Shown piece by piece: positions 21,034 to 27,834 of a stretch of 27,834 nucleotides of DNA. Every line of letters begins with the position of its first letter. Within the stretch, counting starts at the first letter, position 1. A program made the position numbers and the translations under genes. The notes beneath the pieces were generated by a model, which was not told the origin of the DNA, made no database searches, and worked only from the letters and a program-made list of their open reading frames with translations. The stretch covers positions 1 to 27,834 of the forward strand of contig JAHHIK010000107.1 of NCBI GenBank assembly GCA_019358935.1, in the 5' to 3' direction. The stretch comes from Tolypothrix carrinoi HA7290-LM1. Its GTDB lineage: Bacteria > Cyanobacteriota > Cyanobacteriia > Cyanobacteriales > Nostocaceae.

Positions 21034-21319
21034 GAATCACATCCTTTAAAACTGGTTGTTGTAAATGTTCCTTCAAAGCATCCAGAGTCCCCATGTCCAC
21101 AGAACGCCCCAAAATATCTTCTAAATACAGTCGCACGCGGCTAAAGTCAAACAGTCCCACTGGACGGCTAAACTCTACCAAAAAATCTACATCACTATCT
21201 GGTCGAGCCTCATCCCGCGCTACTGAACCAAACAAATCTAAAGACCTCACCCCCATTTCTTTCAACTGCTCTTGGTGTGCTTGTACAATTGCCAGAACCT
21301 CATCCCGCTTCATTGTCAT
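21023..21319 (-). CDS. Minimal nucleotidyltransferase (MNT/MntA-type) antitoxin
   Basis: LFGSVARDEARPDSDVDFLV (GS-x10-DxD), 98 aa, directly upstream of a HEPN gene. Confidence 0.92.
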   Translation of the reverse strand: MTMKRDEVLAIVQAHQEQLKEMGVRSLDLFGSVARDEARPDSDVDFLVEFSRPVGLFDFSRVRLYLEDILGRSVDMGTLDALKEHLQQPVLKDVIRAF

Positions 21320-21355
21320 AACTCCAACTCGTAATAATCGTAAAATTCTTGCCGA

Positions 21356-22534
21356 TTAACTTGGTGTCAAGATTATTACCTGCTGCTGGAGGAGCGATCG
21401 CACCCCCTCTATCCCCAACTGCACACCCCCTAAAATCTCTCCTACCGTCGCTTTTCTATCACATTTTTGCAAAAACTCAAATTCGCTGTCCGACAAGTTG
21501 ATAATTTGATAATCGTAGTTAAATATACACTTACTCGGAAAGCCATCTATACACGGATTGAGTTCGGGAATCGCTGTTAATAAAGCATCATCAACTGACC
21601 AATCTACTTTAACTATGGTCGGACGACCGAGGAAAAACTCGTAATGAGTCACTTCTGGATCTAGTAATTCTATCAAGCGGTATAAGGCGCGATCGCTCAA
21701 ACTTTGTGCCCGTTCGATTAACTCCGGTGCTTTGCTCAAAAGTCGCTGCAACTGCCAAAATCCCGGATTTGAAAAGTTAATAAACTCCAAACCCGAAGCA
21801 TCAATTAATTCAAACAGCGTCTCAATGTTGTAGTCAATCTCTTGGGGATGAACATACATATCGGCAAAGCATTCGTCTCGTTGGTTTTCCATTGCCCAAC
21901 GTTGTTTCTCGTACTTGACAATTCTATTATTTTCTGGTAATGATGAAAATAATTGTCGCCCGACTTGGACACCATCGCGATAATCGCCGCGTTTGTCGCC
22001 TTGAAGAAGTGCGATCGCCTTTTGCATAAGTTGAATTTCCCAGCGTCCCAACTCGCCATAGACGAAGATGTGCATCAAGCCACCTGGGGCTAACTTTTTC
22101 GCCAAAGCTTGAATACCGCGAATTGGATCGCTTAAGTGGTGCAGTACCCCCACACAGTTAATTAAATCAAACTCACCCGGAAGCTGTTCCACATCATACA
22201 GACTGAGGTGATGAAATTCTACTCTATTGGCTCCAGAACGTTTACACCGTTCTTTTGCAACATCCAAAGCACCAGCACTTAAGTCAATTCCGACAACCTG
22301 CGCTTGTGGGTTGAGATGCACCAAATATTCAGTACTCACCCCCGTACCGCAGCCAGCGTCTAAAATGCGGATATCTTGCTTTTGGGGTTTTTGTCCGGTG
22401 CAGAAGTTGTAAGCGGCTAACCAATTCCAGCGCCAATTGTAGCCTGGAGGTGGTTCATCTAGCAGCGGTTCTGGGGGAAAGGGATAGGTATTGTAGAGTT
22501 TGGCGACAGCAGCGCTAACGGTTTGATCGGACAT
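21356..22534 (-). CDS. Class I SAM-dependent methyltransferase
   Basis: ILDAGCGTG, GIDLS, FDLI.CVGVLHH. ATG 22534 (MSDQTV); the track's extension enters a repeat. Confidence 0.92.
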   Translation of the reverse strand: MSDQTVSAAVAKLYNTYPFPPEPLLDEPPPGYNWRWNWLAAYNFCTGQKPQKQDIRILDAGCGTGVSTEYLVHLNPQAQVVGIDLSAGALDVAKERCKRSGANRVEFHHLSLYDVEQLPGEFDLINCVGVLHHLSDPIRGIQALAKKLAPGGLMHIFVYGELGRWEIQLMQKAIALLQGDKRGDYRDGVQVGRQLFSSLPENNRIVKYEKQRWAMENQRDECFADMYVHPQEIDYNIETLFELIDASGLEFINFSNPGFWQLQRLLSKAPELIERAQSLSDRALYRLIELLDPEVTHYEFFLGRPTIVKVDWSVDDALLTAIPELNPCIDGFPSKCIFNYDYQIINLSDSEFEFLQKCDRKATVGEILGGVQLGIEGVRSLLQQQVIILTPS

Positions 22535-22571
22535 TTTTGGAGCTTTGATCGCAGCATTTTTGAGTATACCG

Positions 22572-22732
22572 GACGACTGAAGTCGCACGCCAGGTGCTTC
22601 AACGCGGGGAACCCGCGCAACGCACTGGCTTGGCTACACAAACAAAGTCCGCCTACGCGGACTAATAGCCTAAAAGCCTGCCTTCGCAGGCTTTGTTCGT
22701 ATAGCCCCAGGCTTCTAGCCTGAGGGGAGGGG
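22572..22732. repeat. Composite structured intergenic repeat with nested ~45-bp element (22587-22631)
   Basis: Outer stem GGCTACACAAACAAAG / CTTTGTTCGTATAGCC enclosing two hairpins, plus flanking hairpins. Nested element matches 5404-5448. Confidence 0.75.
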
Positions 22733-22738
22733 CGTTTA

Positions 22739-23269
22739 TTAAAGGTCACATTGATGCGTTTGGCAATATTTGGCGTTTTTGATTTCGCTTTGCAAATTAT
22801 TCAAAGAAATTATCTGCAAATTAGTCCCATTCTGAACCGCAGCAGTGATGTAAGCGAATTTTTGCCCGCGAGAAAACGTGTCTCTACCGACTTTGGCGAC
22901 AGAACGAGAATTACGAAAGTCGTTAGCAATTTCCGAATTATAAATATTTTGCAGCAGTTTTACGCCCTTAGCATTATTAGTGGTAAATTTTATGCTGGGG
23001 TCATCGCTGACTGTTATTCCTTCTTTGGTTACAGTCCCGTTTTGGGAAGTAGTATTTACATAAAAGTATAAATTACCGTTGCGACCTTCGTAACCATGCG
23101 CTTCGCTGTTATATTTCAGCGCTGATAGTTGAGGTCTGGTTTTTGCCCAGTTGAGGACGGTGTTAATATTTTGTCCTGGTAGTGCGTTTGCAGGGGCAAC
23201 AGTTAAGGCGATCGCACAAACGGATAAAGCAGCGGTAGATAATAAGTTAAATTTATTACAAGCAGACAT
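22739..23269 (-). CDS. Secreted hypothetical protein
   Basis: Signal peptide ending PANA-LPGQ; 176 aa; C-terminal Cys pair. Confidence 0.8.
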   Translation of the reverse strand: MSACNKFNLLSTAALSVCAIALTVAPANALPGQNINTVLNWAKTRPQLSALKYNSEAHGYEGRNGNLYFYVNTTSQNGTVTKEGITVSDDPSIKFTTNNAKGVKLLQNIYNSEIANDFRNSRSVAKVGRDTFSRGQKFAYITAAVQNGTNLQIISLNNLQSEIKNAKYCQTHQCDL

Positions 23270-23307
23270 CGGTTTTCTCTGTATGGTAGATAAGAATTAT
23301 AGTTTAG

Positions 23308-23342
23308 GCGTAGACGCGGAGCGGCTTGTCGTCAGACATCGC
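23308..23342. repeat. 27-bp small dispersed repeat splitting a HIP1 site (GCG|insert|ATCGC)
   Basis: Removing 23311-23337 restores GCGATCGC. Confidence 0.65.
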
Positions 23343-23432
23343 GCTTTTTTCGGTTAGTGGTTGGCGATTGTCCGTCATGAAAGGCTACGCGATCGCACAA
23401 TTAATTTTAGGAACGAGAATTAAATAATATGC

Positions 23433-23505
23433 AACCTCACCCCTAACCCCTCTCCTTAATAAGGAGAGGGGAGGCTTTGACAATAGTCAAAGACGGGGTG
23501 AGGTT
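23433..23505. repeat. Branched palindromic intergenic repeat
   Basis: AACCTCACCCC...GGGGTGAGGTT outer stem; inner CCCCTCTCCTTA/TAAGGAGAGGGG and CTTTGAC/GTCAAAG stems. Confidence 0.85.
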
Positions 23506-23549
23506 TTACGCTTTATTAAATCGATCTTGCTGACTAATATTTTGATATT

Positions 23550-23693
23550 TCAGGGTTGTACAACAGATATGTTCTGTGTCAACCTGAAGGCAAGATTTGT
23601 GTTTGGTTTTGGTAAGCCATCAGCGGTGTTCGCCCACATCAAGGCTAGAGTGAACAAAGCAGCATGTAATAGTAAGTAAAATTTATTACGCAT
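23550..23693 (-). CDS. Possible 47-aa exported peptide
   Basis: MRNKFYLLLHAALFTLALMWANTADG looks like a signal peptide; no recognisable homolog. Confidence 0.35.
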   Translation of the reverse strand: MRNKFYLLLHAALFTLALMWANTADGLPKPNTNLAFRLTQNISVVQP

Positions 23694-24346
23694 AAATATA
23701 AGTTTTTTATAAGTGAACGTTGATAAATACAGCTTCACTCTCTTCTATTTCGCAATCAGCCTGGAAATTTATTTTTGGGCGATCGCCGTTTGCGTTGCCT
23801 CAATAAAGCTGCAAAATATCAATCATTTTTTTGCGAGTATCAAAAATGCTGTCCAAGTCCACGCGCCAAAATCTTTCACCACACGACGCGATAAAGGGAG
23901 ACTAAAAAGTATCAGGTAATTAAGTTAGGACGCTTAGGTAGCGTTTCAGGACTTTTCAATTAAATAAAGTCTCAGTTGCGTGACTAAGGGCTGTCGAGGG
24001 TTGGCAGTGGGTAAGTTCTAAAACTTTTATATATATATGTATTCTTTCCACAGGTACTGAAAACTTGCTTTGTGAAACTTTATCATAACAATACAAAAAA
24101 CCCGGAATTGTTAAGAGATTTAATTTTTAAAATTACTACTTAGGCTTATATCTATATTTCTTCTTATAAAATTTAAATTTTACAGCACTTTTGTTTAGAT
24201 TAACTTTATAAAAACTTGAGTATGATTTTAGTCAATAACTATTGAAAATTACCTAGACCTTGTGATGGATGCATAAGTTTTAAATCCAAAATTTTGCTAG
24301 GAAAAAATTAGAGATAGTTACAACACTATTTTTATAAGTTAGACTC

Positions 24347-25738
24347 ATGCGCTCAAAAACAAAGAAATCTGTATCTAGATTAGTAGGAATTTGGACGTTT
24401 CTTTTACTTTTTATATTTAAAGGGATTTTTCCTAAACCTGCTTATGCATTCTTGTCATCCCTAGACGCTTGCGCTGCTAACCCTGAATGCGCTGCTGCTA
24501 TAAGTTCTGAAGTAGCCCCTGCTGTTTCTGCTCCTACAGGTGCTGGGTTTGGTGCTTCAACTCTTAGCACTACTACTGCTGCTGGGGCTACTACTTCTTC
24601 TGTGCAAGGTGTTGCGGAAATTTCTGTTGCTGCGAGGCTTGGTACTTTAGGAATTTTATACTATTGGAATCAGTCTCAAAATCATTTGGCTCAGGAAAAG
24701 GCTAGAAAGAAATATTGCCAAGCTAATTCTCAGGATGAAGTCTGTGTTGGTAGCTCGTCAATGGGAATTTCTTATAAGTACAAAACAAACTCGACTGGTT
24801 ATCTGACCGATGCTGTGGTTGTCAGTAGTTGCTTGCCACCACCGCTAGCTTTTACTTTTACAGGTCAAGCTTTAGGGGTTACTGATAGTTCTGGTTATTT
24901 TCAAATTCTTGATGGTATTTGGAATGGTTACACACTAATTTCTCATAGTGAAGTTACTACGGTTTGTACTATTCGGAATCTACCGTGGAAAGATTGGTCT
25001 CAAGAAAAGCGTGATGAAGCAGTTAGATTACTAAATGATTCTGACTGGCAAGGTTTGATTAATTCAATGCCAGAAGCCGGGGTATTAAATCCTGGAGATA
25101 AGATTAATGCTCCGACAATTGTAATACCAGGGGAAGAGACTGACGACCCTAATACACCAGCAGATGAGCGTTTATTGAGGAAGGAACACGGATTCTTTAA
25201 TTTTCCTGGAAATCCTGACTTTGATAAAGATGGCATACCTGACGCATCTGACATAGATGATGATAACGACGGAACACCAGATTCTTCTGACCCACAGCCG
25301 CAAAATTCTTCTGTTCCGACAGCAAGCGGTGGTTCACCTAATCCTGGAGATTCAGGAGAAGAAGTTACTCCTGAAGTCCTTCAAGACATTCGTGATATTG
25401 TAAATCGTCATCCAAATGAAAGGTGTGTTGAATGTGCTAATGAAATTGAGGATTACTTGAGAGAGCAAAACATTCGTGGAAGACGTATCAAACTTGACAC
25501 ACCAAGACAAACAGGAGCTGATGACTTCATTATGGATGATAGTCTTCCACCGACAGCAGATGCTATTGCAACTAATGGTCATCATGAAGGAATTGCGATT
25601 AGGATAAATGGAGAAGAGAGGGTTTTTGACAACCACCATCCTGATGGAGTTCCAACAGAAGAATGGAAAGAAAATCTTGTATTTGATAGTAAAATCCGTT
25701 TCGGAGCAAGTTTTATAGAAAAAGAGTACTTATTCTAG
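24347..25738 (+). CDS. Putative secreted polymorphic toxin with C-terminal papain-fold toxin (Tox-PL-2-like) domain
   Basis: Signal peptide (PAYA-F), Ala/Thr/Gly-rich N-region, DFDKDGIPD..D.DDDNDG.PD Ca-binding-like repeat. Tip has CVECA...NGHHEG...VFDN..P.G...EEW. Followed by immunity-type genes. Confidence 0.78.
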   Translation: MRSKTKKSVSRLVGIWTFLLLFIFKGIFPKPAYAFLSSLDACAANPECAAAISSEVAPAVSAPTGAGFGASTLSTTTAAGATTSSVQGVAEISVAARLGTLGILYYWNQSQNHLAQEKARKKYCQANSQDEVCVGSSSMGISYKYKTNSTGYLTDAVVVSSCLPPPLAFTFTGQALGVTDSSGYFQILDGIWNGYTLISHSEVTTVCTIRNLPWKDWSQEKRDEAVRLLNDSDWQGLINSMPEAGVLNPGDKINAPTIVIPGEETDDPNTPADERLLRKEHGFFNFPGNPDFDKDGIPDASDIDDDNDGTPDSSDPQPQNSSVPTASGGSPNPGDSGEEVTPEVLQDIRDIVNRHPNERCVECANEIEDYLREQNIRGRRIKLDTPRQTGADDFIMDDSLPPTADAIATNGHHEGIAIRINGEERVFDNHHPDGVPTEEWKENLVFDSKIRFGASFIEKEYLF

Positions 25739-25788
25739 ACATAAAAGATATTTCATAAACATTCTTTCTTTAAGTGTAGGTAATCAAT

Positions 25789-26481
25789 ATGAACAATCTC
25801 TCTAGACTTATCCAAGATATTAAAGAAAACCCAGTTACGTATTTAGACAAGCCATCAATTACTTGTCTTCATTTATTCTTAAATGGGTATCTAGATACTC
25901 GAATGGATTTGGGATTGGATCGAGAAGGCTCTGGAATTAAAGGATTTCAAAAGTGGATAGAAGAAAGGGCAAAAACTACAGTGTCTCAATCATGGTCTGG
26001 AATAATTCTCTTTATCAGTGGGAGTGAGAGAAATGCCTTCTCTAAATTTTTTGAACTATTTGATGAGTTTTTAAATCAGAACAAAAGTTCAAAAAATGAG
26101 GAAAATAAAAAAAAAATGAACTCGACTATAAATGATTTTCAGCCCAGCCCACGCGCTCTCTACGAGCTTATAGGTGGTATCAAGAAAAGACCAGGGATGT
26201 ACTTAGGTACTTGCTCAATTACTAGACTTGATATGCTTTTAAGAGGATATACTCTGGCTCGAAGAGAAGTTTGTTTAGCTCCGACTGAAGAGGAAAAAGA
26301 ATTTGAGGGTTTTCAATCTTGGATTCAAGAAAAATATGAAATGAATTCAAATCAATGTTGGGCGAAAATAATTCTTTTTTTCTCTATAGATGAGCATGAA
26401 GCCTTAGAAAGGTTTTTTGAACTCTATGAAGAATATAAAAATCGTCACCAGAGTTCAGAAGTTGATGAAAATGATGGTTAA
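25789..26481 (+). CDS. Putative immunity protein 1 (two tandem copies of a ~100-aa domain)
   Basis: Halves share IK..P..YL...SIT.L...L.GY...GFQ.WI.E...Q.W..IILF.S..E..A...FFEL; lies 50 bp after the toxin. Confidence 0.7.
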   Translation: MNNLSRLIQDIKENPVTYLDKPSITCLHLFLNGYLDTRMDLGLDREGSGIKGFQKWIEERAKTTVSQSWSGIILFISGSERNAFSKFFELFDEFLNQNKSSKNEENKKKMNSTINDFQPSPRALYELIGGIKKRPGMYLGTCSITRLDMLLRGYTLARREVCLAPTEEEKEFEGFQSWIQEKYEMNSNQCWAKIILFFSIDEHEALERFFELYEEYKNRHQSSEVDENDG

Positions 26482-26608
26482 GCAGTGAACATCGTATTTT
26501 TGTAAAGGTGTAATCTTTAGTGCGAGCATCTTGCTGGCTACATCTTATATCCAAGCAAGATACTCGTATTACCTAATGTCAAATTGAGATGCTACCGAGG
26601 TAATAAAT

Positions 26609-27310
26609 ATGAGTAATTTCTCTAGACTTATCCAAGATATTAAAGATAACCCAGCTACATATTTAGATAAACCATCCGTTACTTGTCTTCATTCATTCTT
26701 GGTTGGGTATCTGGGCACTCTAAATGATTTGGGATTTACTTATGAAGGTTCCGCAATGAAAGGATTTCAAGAGTGGATACAAGAAAGAGCAAAAACTACA
26801 GTATCTCAATCATGGGCTGGGATAATTCTCTTTGAAAGTGGCAGTGAGAGAAGTGCTTTTAATTGGTTTTTTAAAGACTTTGAAAGGTTTTTGAACGAAA
26901 AAGAGAAAGCAGAAAATGAAAAAAATGAAGTGGAAAAAATTATTGAATCTAATGTAGATGATTTTAATTACCGCATAAATTCCGATTTATACGAACTTCT
27001 TGGACGGATGAAAAAGAGACCAGGTATGTACTTGGGTGATAACTCAATTACTAGGCTTGATATGTATTTAAGGGGATACACACAGGCTCGAACAGAAGTT
27101 GGTTTAGATCCCACTGACGAGGAAATAGAATTTGAAGGGTTTCAGAAATGGGTTCAAGAAAAATATGAAATTAAATCAAATCAATCTTGGGCGAAAATAA
27201 TTCTCTTCTTCTCTATGGATGAGCATGAAGCCTTAGAAAGATTTTTTGAACTGTATGAAGAATACCAAAATCAAAACAAAAGTTTTGAAGTTCAAAAAAA
27301 TATTGGTTAA
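26609..27310 (+). CDS. Putative immunity protein 2, paralog of 25789-26481
   Basis: About 70% identical by hand count over the first 97 aa; shares the AGGTAAT.AATATG leader. Confidence 0.7.
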   Translation: MSNFSRLIQDIKDNPATYLDKPSVTCLHSFLVGYLGTLNDLGFTYEGSAMKGFQEWIQERAKTTVSQSWAGIILFESGSERSAFNWFFKDFERFLNEKEKAENEKNEVEKIIESNVDDFNYRINSDLYELLGRMKKRPGMYLGDNSITRLDMYLRGYTQARTEVGLDPTDEEIEFEGFQKWVQEKYEIKSNQSWAKIILFFSMDEHEALERFFELYEEYQNQNKSFEVQKNIG

Positions 27311-27324
27311 GCAAAAAGCATTTG

Positions 27325-27717
27325 ATGACAGCATTTTCAGCAGAAACAAGAACATTGCTACAGCAGGCTGGATGGAGCGAAGATCGTTGTGTGGATACAA
27401 GCGAATACGAGAAAAGCTTGAAGTTAGAAGGTTATCCCCTTTATGAGATTGTATTGGATTTTTTGAAACGTTTTGGGGGTTTGCGAGTAGTATATCCACA
27501 CTACCGCGTCAAAAACGAAAAAGACGAATTCTACATCAATCCGACTGTTGCTGCTGCACACATCTATCCAGAAAGGGTTGAAGAGTATAGTGAACGGGTA
27601 AGTGCCCCGCTCTGCGTAATCGGTGAGGCTTTCAGCTATCACATGACTGTCGTAATGGCTCCAGATGGTAAAGTATACGCAGGCTATGACGACACGCTGA
27701 TTCATGTTGGGGAGTAA
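27325..27717 (+). CDS. SUKH-3 family immunity protein, probably 3'-truncated
   Basis: L.QAGWSEDR.VD, FLKRFGGL, F.INP, LCVIGEA, DGKVYA motifs. Confidence 0.8.
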   Translation: MTAFSAETRTLLQQAGWSEDRCVDTSEYEKSLKLEGYPLYEIVLDFLKRFGGLRVVYPHYRVKNEKDEFYINPTVAAAHIYPERVEEYSERVSAPLCVIGEAFSYHMTVVMAPDGKVYAGYDDTLIHVGE

Positions 27718-27834
27718 TCTAAACGCCATAGACCGTAACAAGTCGTAGCAATACGGACTCCCCCAGACCACTCCTTAAGCAAGAGTAGCTGTTATCTCTA
27801 AGCGTTAAAGTTCGTACCTTGGGGTGTCGAGCAG
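27709..27834 (+). ncRNA. 5' part of a probable HEARO/omegaRNA scaffold (IscB/IsrB-type IS200/IS605 element); runs off the window
   Basis: Stem GGGGAGT (27709-27715) / ACTCCCC (27757-27763) immediately followed by CAGAC, then a short ACTC/GAGT hairpin, then GTTAT...AAGCGTTAAAGTTCGTACCTTGGGGTG. This order resembles HEARO RNAs as I recall them. Confidence 0.6.

Overview
Chromosomal window from a filamentous cyanobacterium, most likely Nostocales. The evidence is about 20 HIP1 octamers (GCGATCGC), short tandem 7-/9-mer repeats, and the tmRNA tag ANNIVKFARKDALVAA. The core holds two CAP-domain genes, an alpha/beta hydrolase, DUF1816, rlmB (long N-terminal repeat), mini-RNase III, a STAS protein, carA, a retropepsin-like lipoprotein, trpD (in-frame repeat insert), a frameshifted phoD, a CreD-like membrane protein, DUF1830, ssrA, the main ATP synthase operon (I, a, c, b', b, delta, alpha, gamma), an MNT-HEPN toxin-antitoxin pair whose toxin has a nonsense codon, and a SAM methyltransferase. 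The right ~3.5 kb is an AT-rich accessory locus with polymorphic-toxin organisation. It has a signal-peptide protein with an unrecognised N-terminal region, a Ca-binding DxDxDG linker and a papain-fold toxin tip, then two paralogous internally duplicated putative immunity genes and a SUKH-3 immunity gene. The SUKH-3 gene appears cut by the 5' end of a HEARO/omegaRNA-like IS200/IS605 element at the window edge. An IS200/IS605-type end at the left edge interrupts the first CAP paralog. All family calls come from recognising motifs by eye; no searches were run.
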